Positions 9,443 to 19,307 of a DNA stretch of 64,000 nucleotides are shown piece after piece. The stretch is from Caulobacter sp. (lineage in GTDB: Bacteria > Pseudomonadota > Alphaproteobacteria > Caulobacterales > Caulobacteraceae): contig JAUXTQ010000007.1 in the NCBI GenBank assembly GCA_030678995.1, positions 51,368-115,367 on the forward strand. Direction: 5' to 3'. The notes beneath the pieces are model-generated. The model worked only from the letters and a program-made list of their open reading frames with translations, made no database searches and was not told the DNA's origin. The position numbers and the translations under genes were made by a program. The first letter of the stretch is position 1; each line of letters starts with the position of its first letter.

Positions 9443-10674
9443 CAGTCCAGCACCCTGGCGCGGTGTTCGGGGGTAAAGGCCTCGGCGGGCAGGGTCTCGG
9501 GGCCGGCCATGACCGCGAAGGCGTGCATGCCGAGGGACGGGTCGGCTTCGCTGCGTTCGAAATACCGGCGGCGGCGGGCCCTGGCCTCGGGGCTGAACTC
9601 GGCGTCGAGTGTCGAGGTGATCGCGGCGGTAAACCGCAGGCGGCGCAACCGTTCGGCCCGCTCTTCGGCGTAGGGGGCAAAGGCCGCGGGCGACCAGTCG
9701 GTCCCGCCGGTCAGCACGTCATGCACCGTGCGCACGTCGCGGTAGGTGATCGACAGGCCAAGGCCGATGATCGGGTCGTTCCAGCCGGCCGCGTCGCCGA
9801 CCAGCACGACCCCTTCGACGAAGGGCTCGTCGGTCCAGGCGTCGTTGTTGAAGTAGCTCAGCACCGGCCCGGCGGGGGCGCCGGCGGCGATGGCGTCGTT
9901 GATCGGCGCGCAATTGAGACGAAACGCCTCCAGAAACAGCGTCTGGCCGTCCGGCCCGGAGAACCGCCGCCGCTGGTCGAGGGCATAGCTGCCGTAGAGC
10001 CGGATCTTGCCGGCGCCCTGCGGGAAGGCGAGGAAGGCGAAGTCATCCTCCGTGCCGATGGCCTGCAGGTCGTCTGGCCAGTCGTGGGCCTGGTCCACCA
10101 GCATGCCGGCGAACCAGTGGTGCGGCCTGTTCTGGTGCAGGGTGACGCCGCAGGCTTCGCGCACCCGGGAGGTGCGGCCGTCGGCGCCGACGATCAGCCG
10201 GCAGCGCACGGTGCGTTCGACCTCGTTGAGCAGATATGTCACCGACGGCGCGGCGCCGGCGGTTACCCTCGTCACCACCGCCCCGCGCAGGGTCGCCGCG
10301 CCGCGCCGCTTCGCCGCGTCGAACAGGGTCTGGCAGTGGTGCGGATTGCCGATGGTCAGCGGGCCGGGGACGTCCGGCAGGAAGATGCCCAGCGGCAGGG
10401 TCCTGGCCTCGGCCTCCTCCGGGGTGCGGGTTTCGTCATAGGTGATGTGGCGGCCCAGGTAGTGGGCGCCGGCGTCCAGCAGGGTCTCCAGCAGGCCCAG
10501 GCGCCGCACCTCCGCCACGCCCCAGGGCGCGATCCATTCGCCGCGGACCCGGTCCTCGTAGACCTCGCTCTGCTCCAGCAGCAGCACGTCGATGCCCGCC
10601 CCGGCCAGGGTCGCGGCCAGCGCCGACCCGCCGATGCCGCCGCCGACGATGACCACGTCATGATAGTCGGACAC
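9442..10674 (-). CDS. FAD-dependent monooxygenase (class A aromatic hydroxylase-like)
   Basis: GGGIGG, VGADG and LVGDAAG..DP..GLG motifs; GTG start after GGAGGA. Confidence 0.85.
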   Translation of the reverse strand: MSDYHDVVIVGGGIGGSALAATLAGAGIDVLLLEQSEVYEDRVRGEWIAPWGVAEVRRLGLLETLLDAGAHYLGRHITYDETRTPEEAEARTLPLGIFLPDVPGPLTIGNPHHCQTLFDAAKRRGAATLRGAVVTRVTAGAAPSVTYLLNEVERTVRCRLIVGADGRTSRVREACGVTLHQNRPHHWFAGMLVDQAHDWPDDLQAIGTEDDFAFLAFPQGAGKIRLYGSYALDQRRRFSGPDGQTLFLEAFRLNCAPINDAIAAGAPAGPVLSYFNNDAWTDEPFVEGVVLVGDAAGWNDPIIGLGLSITYRDVRTVHDVLTGGTDWSPAAFAPYAEERAERLRRLRFTAAITSTLDAEFSPEARARRRRYFERSEADPSLGMHAFAVMAGPETLPAEAFTPEHRARVLD

Positions 10675-10741
10675 GGCGTGTTCCTCCGCTTTCGCGAAGG
10701 ATGGTAGGGCGCGCGCGCTGCGTGGCAACCATGACCCGGCG

Positions 10742-12862
10742 TCAGCCGCCGCGTTGTCCCGGCCGGTAGGTCTCGGTGATGTTCCCCGCCAGCTGGGCCT
10801 CGGTGAACAGCACCGGCTTGACCCGCATGGCGGCGAACAGGGGCGCCTGGTCGTCGTAGTGGGGCGCTTCGCCGTCCAGGGTGGCCGTGCCGAACTGGTG
10901 GATGCTCTGGCTCGACAGCACCCCCTGGCGGTCCCAGGTGACGAACATGATCAAGGTGTCGCCGGCCAGAGCGGTCAGCCGGCCGTCCGGCTTGCCCTTC
11001 GGATCGGCGCTGCCGTAGACGGCGCGCAGGACGTCCGGACCGCCGTCAATGGGCAGGTCCACGCGTCCGCGACGCAGCCGGTTCACCTGGCCCCATTCGG
11101 GGTCGAGCCGTCCAAAATGTTCCTTGAGCAGCTTGATCGAGGCCCGCAACGACTTCAGCGGCGAGGGGCCCTTCTCGCCGGCGTCGCGGGCGGTGATCAG
11201 CGGGCTGGCGGTCAGCACGGCCAGGGCCGCGGCGCGGTTCTTCACATCGGTGCGGAAGTCCCAGCGGCGCAGGATGGCCTGGGCGGCGAGGATGTCGGCA
11301 TCGCCCTTCGCGTCCAGCGCCAGCAGCTCGCTGATCACCGCGGTCATCGCCGAGCGGGGGCTGTAGGCCAGGTCATACTTGTAGGCGCGGAACTCCTCGG
11401 GGGTGATCTCGGCGTCGGCGGCGAAGGTCTCCACCAGCCGCAGGGCCCGGTTGGTCATGTTGGCCTGGATGCCCATGGCCGGAGAGTAGGCGTTGGGATC
11501 CAGGCCGTCGCCGAAGGCCGTGGCCTGGAACGGCGTATTGTTGGCGTTGAACACCAGCCCGCCGGCCGGCCGCCAGACCTGCGGCACGCGGTCGAACGGC
11601 AGGTAGCCCCGCCAGATCAGGTCCGATCGGTCGCCGGGCAGGACGCCGCTCCAGTCGAGGCCCTCGCGGCGGTTGGGGAACAGGCCGTTGTAGACGTAAC
11701 CCACGTTGCCGCGCTCGTCGGCGTAGATGTAGTTGATGCTCGGCAGGGCCTGCAGCGCCATGGCCGCCCGCCACTGGTCCAGATCGTCGGCCCGGTTCAG
11801 CCGCCAGTACTGCTGCGCCAGGCGGACATCGTCCATGCCGGCGTAGCGGATGGCGAACACCCCGCCCTTGGTGCGCATCACCGGCCCGTGCTCGGAGCGC
11901 AGCACCTGTTTGTGGACCGTCCAGCTGAACGGTCCCCAGAGCTTGATCCGCATCTTCGCGGTGGAGGTCTCGAATTTCCGCCATCTGCCGTCGAGGCGGT
12001 ATTCGTCCTTGTTGTCCGGGTTGATGGTCAGCCGGAAGACGTCGACCAGGTCGGGGTTGTTGACCGTGTTGGCCCAGCCGAGGTGGGCGTTGTGGCCGTG
12101 CAGCATGAAGGGCGAGCCGGGGAAGAAGCCGCCGGCCACGTGCCAGCCCTCGCCGCTCTCGACCACCGCCTCGTACCAGGCCACCGGGCCGGCATAGGGC
12201 TGGTGGGAATTGACCAGCAGACGGGTCGCGCCGTCGCTCGAACGGGACGGGGCCACGGCCACGCCGTTGGAGCCCTTGGGCAGGCCGTCCGGTCTGGCCG
12301 AGGCCAGCGCCTTCAGCTCGCTGTCAAGGCCATAGAAGAACGGCGTCTTGAACACGAAGCCGGCGGCGATGTCCTTGCCGGTCAGGGGCAGCAGGCCCGG
12401 CGCGACCCTGCCCGGATTGCGCGCGGCGTAATAGTTGATCCCGTCGGCATAGGCCTGCAGCACGGCCTTCACGTCGGCGGGCAGGTCGCGGTCGTAACGG
12501 CGGTTCACCGTGCCCCAGACGTCCAGCAGGCTGACGATGTAGTCGCCGGGCGCGGCCGACGGGCCCTCGCTGGCGGCGAGGGTCCCCCGGGTGGCCAGGG
12601 CGACGGTCTGGATGGTCTCGAAGTCGTCCTCGGCATGGGCGAAGGCCAGGCCGAAGGCGGCGTCAGCGTCGGTCTTGCCCAGCACGTGCGGCACGCCGAA
12701 CCGGTCACGGCGGATGACCACGTCGTAGTTGCGGGCCTTTTCGATCAGCGGGGTCAGGTCCGGCCCGCGCGGCGCAGTGACCAGGCTGATGACCAGCACC
12801 GTCGCCGCGACGCCGATCACCAGGCCAACAAGCGCCAGCAGGCTCCTCAAGATCCAGCGCAT
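10742..12862 (-). CDS. Penicillin/cephalosporin acylase family Ntn-hydrolase
   Basis: RD.FGVPH, AHAED and beta-subunit N-terminal G|SNGVAVAPSRS; N-terminal membrane anchor. Confidence 0.88.
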   Translation of the reverse strand: MRWILRSLLALVGLVIGVAATVLVISLVTAPRGPDLTPLIEKARNYDVVIRRDRFGVPHVLGKTDADAAFGLAFAHAEDDFETIQTVALATRGTLAASEGPSAAPGDYIVSLLDVWGTVNRRYDRDLPADVKAVLQAYADGINYYAARNPGRVAPGLLPLTGKDIAAGFVFKTPFFYGLDSELKALASARPDGLPKGSNGVAVAPSRSSDGATRLLVNSHQPYAGPVAWYEAVVESGEGWHVAGGFFPGSPFMLHGHNAHLGWANTVNNPDLVDVFRLTINPDNKDEYRLDGRWRKFETSTAKMRIKLWGPFSWTVHKQVLRSEHGPVMRTKGGVFAIRYAGMDDVRLAQQYWRLNRADDLDQWRAAMALQALPSINYIYADERGNVGYVYNGLFPNRREGLDWSGVLPGDRSDLIWRGYLPFDRVPQVWRPAGGLVFNANNTPFQATAFGDGLDPNAYSPAMGIQANMTNRALRLVETFAADAEITPEEFRAYKYDLAYSPRSAMTAVISELLALDAKGDADILAAQAILRRWDFRTDVKNRAAALAVLTASPLITARDAGEKGPSPLKSLRASIKLLKEHFGRLDPEWGQVNRLRRGRVDLPIDGGPDVLRAVYGSADPKGKPDGRLTALAGDTLIMFVTWDRQGVLSSQSIHQFGTATLDGEAPHYDDQAPLFAAMRVKPVLFTEAQLAGNITETYRPGQRGG

Positions 12863-12953
12863 CCGACTCCCCGCGTCGCCATCCGTTGATCCTGTCCCGG
12901 CAGGCCATCCAGCGCAACGCGCATCCCGCTACGCGTTTCCCCGGTCCGCCAGA

Positions 12954-12981
12954 GGGGACACGCACTGAAGTGCATGTCCCC
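12954..12981. repeat. GGGGACA...TGTCCCC palindrome (family D, short)
   Basis: GGGGACAcGCACT-ga-AGTGCaTGTCCCC in a divergent promoter region. Confidence 0.55.
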
Positions 12982-13108
12982 GTGCTGAGCTTTCAGCTTG
13001 CCCGCGCCGCCCCTGGCGGCTACCCAAAGACCCGCGCAAGGCGTTGACCCAAGAGCCGCACAAGCGGCCAGTGCAATGACGCCCGATACAAAATGGAGGA
13101 CGCCGGTG

Positions 13109-14959
13109 ATGGGCGGCGAAACTACGGTACCGGGCCTGGACCAGGCTCCGACCAGACACGCGCGGCTGCTCGCCTGGGTGCGCGAGATCGCGGCCCTGAC
13201 CAAACCCGCGCGGGTCCACTGGTGTGACGGATCCGACGCCGAATGGGAGGCGCTGACCAGCCAGCTGGTCGAGGGGGGCACGCTCAAGCGGCTGAATCCG
13301 GAAAAGCGCCCCAACAGCTTCCATGCGGCCTCCGATCCCAAGGACGTGGCGCGGGTCGAAAGCCGCACCTTCATTTGCTCCGAGCGCGAGATTGACGCTG
13401 GCCCGACCAACAACTGGCTGGATCCGGCCGAGATGCGGGCCGATCTGAAGCTGCTGTTCGACGGCTGCATGCGCGGCCGGACCCTGTACGTCGTGCCCTT
13501 CAGCATGGGGCCAATCGGCTCCCCGATCAGCGCGCTGGGCGTGGAGATCACCGACAGCGCCTATGTGGCCATCTCGATGCGGGTGATGACCCGCATGGGC
13601 AAGCAGGCCCTGGACCAGATGGGTGAGGACGGCTTCTTCGTGCCGGCCGTCCATTCCCTGGGCGCGCCGCTCGAGGACGGCCAGGTCGATGTGCCGTGGC
13701 CCTGCAACGACATCAAGTACATCGTCCACTATCCCGAGACGCGGGAGATCTGGTCCTACGGCTCGGGCTACGGCGGCAACGCCCTGCTCGGGAAGAAGTG
13801 TTATGCCCTGCGCATCGCCAGCGTCATGGCTCGCGACGAGGGGTGGCTGGCCGAGCACATGCTGATCCTCAAACTGACCTCGCCGGCCGGCGAGGAGCGG
13901 TTCGTGGCGGCGGCCTTCCCCAGCGCCTGCGGCAAGACCAACCTGGCCATGCTGCAGCCGACCATCGCGGGCTGGAAGGCCGAGACCATCGGCGACGACA
14001 TCTGCTGGATGCGCTTTGGCGACGACGGCCGGCTTTACGCCATCAACCCGGAGGCCGGCTTCTTCGGTGTCGCCCCGGGCACCGGCATGGCCACCAACCG
14101 CAACGCCATCGAGGCGCTGAGCCACGACACCGTCTTCACCAACGTGGCCATGACCGAGGACGGCGACGTCTGGTGGGAGGGCCTGACCCACGACACGCCG
14201 GCCCGCCTGACCGACTGGCGCGGCCGGCCTTGGACGCCGGAGAGCGCCGAGCCGGCGGCCCACCCCAACGCCCGCTTCACGGTCCACGCCGGCCAGTGCC
14301 CGGTGATCGCGCCGGAGTGGGACGACCCCGCCGGCGTGCCGATCAGCGCCATCCTGTTCGGCGGTCGTCGGGCCAGCGCCGTGCCGCTGGTCACCGAGGC
14401 TTTCGACTGGGCGCACGGGGTGTTCCTCGGCTCCACCGTGGCCTCTGAAGGCACCGCGGCGGCGGAGAACAAGGTCGGCGAGCTGCGCCGCGATCCCTTC
14501 GCCATGCTGCCCTTCTGCGGCTACAACATGGGCGACTATTTCGGTCACTGGCTGGACATGGGCCAGAAGGCCGACCCCGCGATGCTGCCGCGCATCTACA
14601 TGGTCAACTGGTTCCGCAAGGACGAGAACGGCCGCTTCGTCTGGCCGGGCTTCGGCGAGAACAGCCGCGTGCTGAAATGGATCTTCGACCGGCTGGAAGG
14701 CGAGGCGGACGCCATCGCCACCCCGATCGGCAACCTGCCCGCGCCGGGCTCGCTGAACACCGTCGGCCTTGGCCTGACCGAAGCCCAGCTGAAGCTGCTC
14801 AAGACGGTCGATGTCGAGGTCTGGCGCGAGGAAGCGGGACTGATCCCGGACTTCTACGCCAAATTCGGCGAACGGCTCCCGGCGGAACTGTGGGCGCAGC
14901 ATTCGGCGTTGGCTTCGAGGCTCGAGGCGGCGTCGGCGAAAGTGACGGAGCCGGCCTGA
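13109..14959 (+). CDS. pckG: Phosphoenolpyruvate carboxykinase (GTP)
   Basis: [38 protein letters not shown] and [12 protein letters not shown] motifs; GGAGGA RBS. Confidence 0.95.
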   Translation: MGGETTVPGLDQAPTRHARLLAWVREIAALTKPARVHWCDGSDAEWEALTSQLVEGGTLKRLNPEKRPNSFHAASDPKDVARVESRTFICSEREIDAGPTNNWLDPAEMRADLKLLFDGCMRGRTLYVVPFSMGPIGSPISALGVEITDSAYVAISMRVMTRMGKQALDQMGEDGFFVPAVHSLGAPLEDGQVDVPWPCNDIKYIVHYPETREIWSYGSGYGGNALLGKKCYALRIASVMARDEGWLAEHMLILKLTSPAGEERFVAAAFPSACGKTNLAMLQPTIAGWKAETIGDDICWMRFGDDGRLYAINPEAGFFGVAPGTGMATNRNAIEALSHDTVFTNVAMTEDGDVWWEGLTHDTPARLTDWRGRPWTPESAEPAAHPNARFTVHAGQCPVIAPEWDDPAGVPISAILFGGRRASAVPLVTEAFDWAHGVFLGSTVASEGTAAAENKVGELRRDPFAMLPFCGYNMGDYFGHWLDMGQKADPAMLPRIYMVNWFRKDENGRFVWPGFGENSRVLKWIFDRLEGEADAIATPIGNLPAPGSLNTVGLGLTEAQLKLLKTVDVEVWREEAGLIPDFYAKFGERLPAELWAQHSALASRLEAASAKVTEPA

Positions 14960-15142
14960 CCCTTACCTCTCCCTCTTGGGAGAGGGGGACCATGCGCAGC
15001 ATGGTGGAGTGGGATGCGCTGCTGCGTGCTCGATTGACCGCGTGCGCCTCAACCCATTCCGGATGACCCTGCCAACGTTCGCGCCTCCCACTCCACCGCC
15101 CTTCGGGCGGTCCCCCTCTCCCAAGAGGGAGAGGTAAGAGGG
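14960..15142. repeat. Palindromic repeat family A, copy 2
   Basis: CTTACCTCTCCCTCTTGGGAGAGGGGGACC...GGTCCCCCTCTCCCAAGAGGGAGAGGTAAG; fills the gap between convergent stop codons. Confidence 0.85.
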
Positions 15143-17074
15143 CTACTCCGCCGCGATCGCAAGTGGGTTCACGGCGCGCACCGGCATCGGCACCACCTCA
15201 GCTCCGACAGGCGTCGGCGCGCGGGCCGCCAGCTCTTCCGGCGTCAGCAGCAGGCCGGCCTTGCGGGCCGTTTCGCCGGCGGCGCGGCTGGAGGTCCAGG
15301 CGGCGATGCGTGCTGCGAACAGCATCGGCGCGAAGATCGGCAGGATCCACAGCAGCAGGTCCGGGCGGGTGACCAGCGGGACCACGAAGAACAGGCCGGC
15401 GAAGAACTCGTTGCGGAAATTGAGCCTGGCGTCGGTCAGGCTCAGGCCGTCGGCGTCGCGGTTCTGCGCATGCCAGCCAGCGTCCTTGCCCAGCAGGATC
15501 TCGAACACCGCCCGGGTGTTGCCGATCATGTAGATCGGGGCGGTCAGGGCGGAGAGGGCCATCTCGGTCGCGGCGCCCTTGAGCAGGGTCTTCGTCCCAC
15601 CGAACGCGCGGCGCTCGGCCTTGCGGCTCAGCACCAGGGCCAGGCCCATCAGCTTGGGGCCCAGCAGCATGCCGGTGGTGAGCATCGCGACCCACATCGC
15701 GGCGTTGAATTCGGGGTGGGTCAGGTACCACCAGCCGCCCCAGTCGGCCTTGTTGCCGACCTGGATGAACAGGCCCACGGCCAGCGAGATCAGCCACAGG
15801 GGCGAGGCCAGGTAGGCCATCAGCCCGACGATCAGCTGGAAGCGGCTCATCCAGTGGAAGCCCGGGGCGCGAAGCAGGGCGATGTGCTGCAGGTTGCCCT
15901 GGCACCAGCGGCGCTCGCGCTTCATGAACTCCAGCAGGCTGGGCGGCGTTTCTTCGTAACTGCCGGTCAGGGTCGGCGCGACATGCACCCCCCAGCCGCC
16001 GCGGCGCAGCAGGCCGGCCTCGACCACGTCGTGGCTCATGATGTGGCCGCCGAAGGGCTTGCGGCCAGGCAGGCTCGGCAGGCCGCAGCAGTCGGCGAAG
16101 GCGCGGACCCGGACGATGGCGTTGTGGCCCCAGTAGCTGGCCTCCGAGCCCGACCACCAGGCCAGGCCCGCCGAGGCCACCCGGCCGTACAGGCGCACCC
16201 CGAACTGCGAGGCGCGGGCGAACAGGGTCTTGCCCTCGACGATCGCCGGTGTGGTCTGGATCAGGCCGATGGTCGGGTGGCGCTCCATGCCATCGACCAG
16301 ATGCAGGATGGTCTCGCCGGTCATGGTGCTGTCGGCGTCGAGCACGATCATGTGGCTGTAGGCGGCGCCGAAGCGACGGACCCAGTCCGACAGGTTGCCG
16401 ACCTTGCGCTCGGTGTTTTCGCGGCGGCGGCGGTAGTAGACGCGGCAATTGGACTGCAGGCGGAAGACCTGGAAGGCGGCCCATTCGCGGGCCGCGACCC
16501 GCTCGTCGGTGCTGTCGCTGAGGACGAAGATGTCGAACGCCTGGGTCGTGCCCAGCCGCGACAGGGACCGTTCGATCTGCGCCAGCCGGCCAAAGGAGGC
16601 CTGGGCGTCCTCGTTGTAGAGCGGCATCAGCAGGGCGGTGCGGACGGCGGGGCGCGGGGCGACGGCGCCAAAGCCCAGCTCGTCCCTGTCGCCGCGGGTC
16701 AGGAGGACCGTCAGGCCGATCGCCGCGCTGCAGAACCAGCAGGCGATGGCCGTGATCAACACCTCGAACAGGGCCAGGCCGACGATCTCCAGCGGCAGGA
16801 AGCCATCGCGGGCATAGAGCCTGACCGGCTCCCAGGAGGCGAGGACGGTCAGGGCCAGGGTGGCGCCGAACAGGATGGCGCGGCGGACGGCGATGTCGGC
16901 GGGGCCGGTGGTCGGGGCGCGGCCCGACATCACCCCGTCTTCGCCCAGGGTCTGGCGCGGCATGGCCAGCGGCGCGGGGGTCGGCAGATGCTCGCGCTCG
17001 GGCGCGGCCGGCGTGTACGACGGGGCATAGGCCTCCGCGTCGTACTGGATCGCCAGGTTGCTCGTGCCGTCCAT
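15143..17074 (-). CDS. opgH: Glucans biosynthesis glucosyltransferase H
   Basis: PLYNED, VLSDS, VLDADS, YWGHNAIVR, SHDVVEA and RERRWCQGNLQH motifs. Confidence 0.93.
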   Translation of the reverse strand: MDGTSNLAIQYDAEAYAPSYTPAAPEREHLPTPAPLAMPRQTLGEDGVMSGRAPTTGPADIAVRRAILFGATLALTVLASWEPVRLYARDGFLPLEIVGLALFEVLITAIACWFCSAAIGLTVLLTRGDRDELGFGAVAPRPAVRTALLMPLYNEDAQASFGRLAQIERSLSRLGTTQAFDIFVLSDSTDERVAAREWAAFQVFRLQSNCRVYYRRRRENTERKVGNLSDWVRRFGAAYSHMIVLDADSTMTGETILHLVDGMERHPTIGLIQTTPAIVEGKTLFARASQFGVRLYGRVASAGLAWWSGSEASYWGHNAIVRVRAFADCCGLPSLPGRKPFGGHIMSHDVVEAGLLRRGGWGVHVAPTLTGSYEETPPSLLEFMKRERRWCQGNLQHIALLRAPGFHWMSRFQLIVGLMAYLASPLWLISLAVGLFIQVGNKADWGGWWYLTHPEFNAAMWVAMLTTGMLLGPKLMGLALVLSRKAERRAFGGTKTLLKGAATEMALSALTAPIYMIGNTRAVFEILLGKDAGWHAQNRDADGLSLTDARLNFRNEFFAGLFFVVPLVTRPDLLLWILPIFAPMLFAARIAAWTSSRAAGETARKAGLLLTPEELAARAPTPVGAEVVPMPVRAVNPLAIAAE

Positions 17075-17319
17075 CAAGGTCGCCGTGATCGAGAGGGAAT
17101 CCGAGGCCTGCTGAGCCCGCGAAAAGTGATCACGCTTATGTTATGTTGCGGTGCAACCTCGCAAGCGGTTTCGTCCAAAACCTGTGCAGAAAGTGCGTTT
17201 TTTCGTGGCGGCGCCGCAAAATCGGTCGTGATCGGTTCGTGATCGAACGCCGATCACGCAAATGAGAGGCACCCGTGACCGCCGACCGTCGTCCGGCTGG
17301 ACGACTCAGGCCCGCCGAG

Positions 17320-17958
17320 TCACCCTCCGCCGCGCTCCGAAGCCAGCGAGATCAGCCTGCGTTCGAGCAGAAACGCCGCCACCCCGACCCAGCCGACGAG
17401 GGTTACGGCGAAGGCCCGCTCCCACCAGCCGACGTTCTGCGGATTGACCGTGCCAGGGAACACCAGGTGCCTGGTGATCACCGTCAGGACGGCCATCAGG
17501 ACGAAGGCGGCGATCAGGAACCCGCGCAGCCGGTCAACGCCCGCCGCCCGACGCAGGCCCCACAGCAGGAACAGCGGCGCCAGCTGGATGCCCAGGCCCA
17601 GGTTGATCGCCAGATGCCGCGGGTCGGGCCACTGGTAGAGGGTCGAGATGACCATCCCCACCGCCGCCAGCACGAAGGCCAGGGCGGTCAGGGCGGCGGC
17701 GATGCGCGAGCCGTCCAGGGCGAGGATGGCCAGGCCAAAGCCGATCCCGGCGATTCCCGCGCCGACGCCGGCCGCGGCGACCCCGGCGTTGAACACCTGC
17801 GGGTGCTTCGCTCCGTTCGCGCCAAGTTCGCTGAGAAACTGGGTGGCGTGGTTGAAACCCGGAAACAGGAAGACGGCCAGCAGGGTGGTGGCGAGCGCCA
17901 GGATCGGCGCGGCGATGCCGACCCGCAGCAGGATCCGCCGTCGCCGGAAGATGGTCAC
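17320..17958 (-). CDS. DUF998-like membrane protein
   Basis: PGFNHATQFLSELGA motif; about 5 TM segments; GTGA overlap with the opgC stop. Confidence 0.7.
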   Translation of the reverse strand: MTIFRRRRILLRVGIAAPILALATTLLAVFLFPGFNHATQFLSELGANGAKHPQVFNAGVAAAGVGAGIAGIGFGLAILALDGSRIAAALTALAFVLAAVGMVISTLYQWPDPRHLAINLGLGIQLAPLFLLWGLRRAAGVDRLRGFLIAAFVLMAVLTVITRHLVFPGTVNPQNVGWWERAFAVTLVGWVGVAAFLLERRLISLASERGGG

Positions 17959-19130
17959 GCTGCTTCGGCGGGCCGGACGGCCGGCTGGGCGGTGACCAGG
18001 GACTTCGGCCGCAGGCGCTTGAGCCCCCAAAGCGGCCGGATCGGCCCGATGCGCCGCACCGCCTCATAGACCAGCAGGCTGCCGCCGATGGTGGCGGTCA
18101 GCAGCCAGGCGACTTCGACGATGGCGGGCAGGTGCAGCGGCTTGGCCACGAAGACCGCCGCCACCAGCAGGGTCTGGTGCGCCAGATAGAGCGGAAACAC
18201 CGCGTCGGTCAGGTAGCGCAGCACCGGCCCGTCGGCGCGGCGCAGGTGCAGGCTGCCGAACGCCAGGATGGCGGCGATGCTGGCCCACTGGTTGGCGCCA
18301 TAGACACCGCGCCTGATCCAGAGCCCGACATGGTCGTCGCCGGCGACGGCGGTCAGGGCCATCAGGACCGGCAGGCTGACCGCCGCCACGGCCACCGCCC
18401 GCCAGCGCTGCTGCTCCAGCGCGCGCCAGATCTCCTCGCGGCCTGCGACAGCGAACCCGAACAGGAAGGCGCCGAGGTAGGCGACGTGGTTATACCAGTC
18501 GGCCAGCAGCTGATTGGTCTGACCGAACCACGGGAACATCAGCTGCCGCGACAGGGCGAAGAACAGGATCGGCAGGACCAGCATCTTCCAGCCGGTCAGG
18601 GTGCGGACCAGCCACCCCTCCAGGGCCGCCAGCCAGGCGGGGCGGGCCATCAGGGCCACGGCGGCCAGGCTGTAGACGCCGATGTAGAGAACGAACCACA
18701 GGTGATTGAGCGGCACGCCGTCGGCGATACCCGCGGGGCTGAACTCCTTCAGCCACCAGGCCGGCAGGCCCGCGCTCCAGCTGTCCTTGTCGACGGCCTC
18801 GAGCCAGGACTGCGGCGGCACCAGGAACAGGATGGCGAACAGCAGGGGCGGGACCAGCCGGACCATTCGGGCGCGCAGCACCTGGGTCGCGGAATAGCGG
18901 CGGCTCATGAAGCGCAGCGCCGCGCCCGAGACGAGGAACAGCAGGGTCAGGCGCCAGGGGCCCGTGGCCAGGGTCGCTTCCTCCAGCCAGCCGAAGGTGT
19001 GGGCGCTGTGCACGTGCCAGTCCCAGGGCGCGTAGACCAGGCTGATGTGGAACAGGATCAGCAGGCCGAAGGCCCCCACGCGGATCCAGTCGAGGTCCGC
19101 TCGGCGCGATGAGGAGGCGGGCTGGGTCAT
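17955..19130 (-). CDS. OpgC/MdoC-like acyltransferase family 3
   Basis: DLDWIRV.AF.LLI.FH, WRL.LLF.VSG, HLWF and YLTDAVFP.Y..HQ motifs. Confidence 0.85.
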   Translation of the reverse strand: MTQPASSSRRADLDWIRVGAFGLLILFHISLVYAPWDWHVHSAHTFGWLEEATLATGPWRLTLLFLVSGAALRFMSRRYSATQVLRARMVRLVPPLLFAILFLVPPQSWLEAVDKDSWSAGLPAWWLKEFSPAGIADGVPLNHLWFVLYIGVYSLAAVALMARPAWLAALEGWLVRTLTGWKMLVLPILFFALSRQLMFPWFGQTNQLLADWYNHVAYLGAFLFGFAVAGREEIWRALEQQRWRAVAVAAVSLPVLMALTAVAGDDHVGLWIRRGVYGANQWASIAAILAFGSLHLRRADGPVLRYLTDAVFPLYLAHQTLLVAAVFVAKPLHLPAIVEVAWLLTATIGGSLLVYEAVRRIGPIRPLWGLKRLRPKSLVTAQPAVRPAEAA

Positions 19131-19274
19131 GAAGGCACGCTGCATCGCAAAAACGGCGGTTCGATGCAACCTGGGCCGGGTCGCGGGATTCATTCAGAAT
19201 TCCGGGCGGTGTGTGGCTATCGCCTGCGCAGGCCGGGCCGCCGACGCCGCGAAATTGTGCAACCGCGAAGGGAT

Positions 19275-19303
19275 TTGACGCGAAATCCGTCCCCGGATCA
19301 TCG
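19275..19303 (+). promoter_or_regulatory. Putative sigma70-type promoter (-35 TTGACG)
   Basis: TTGACG at 19275-19280; only a weak -10 candidate (GGATCATC); predicted start near 19307-19308. Confidence 0.4.
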
Positions 19304-19307
19304 CGCG

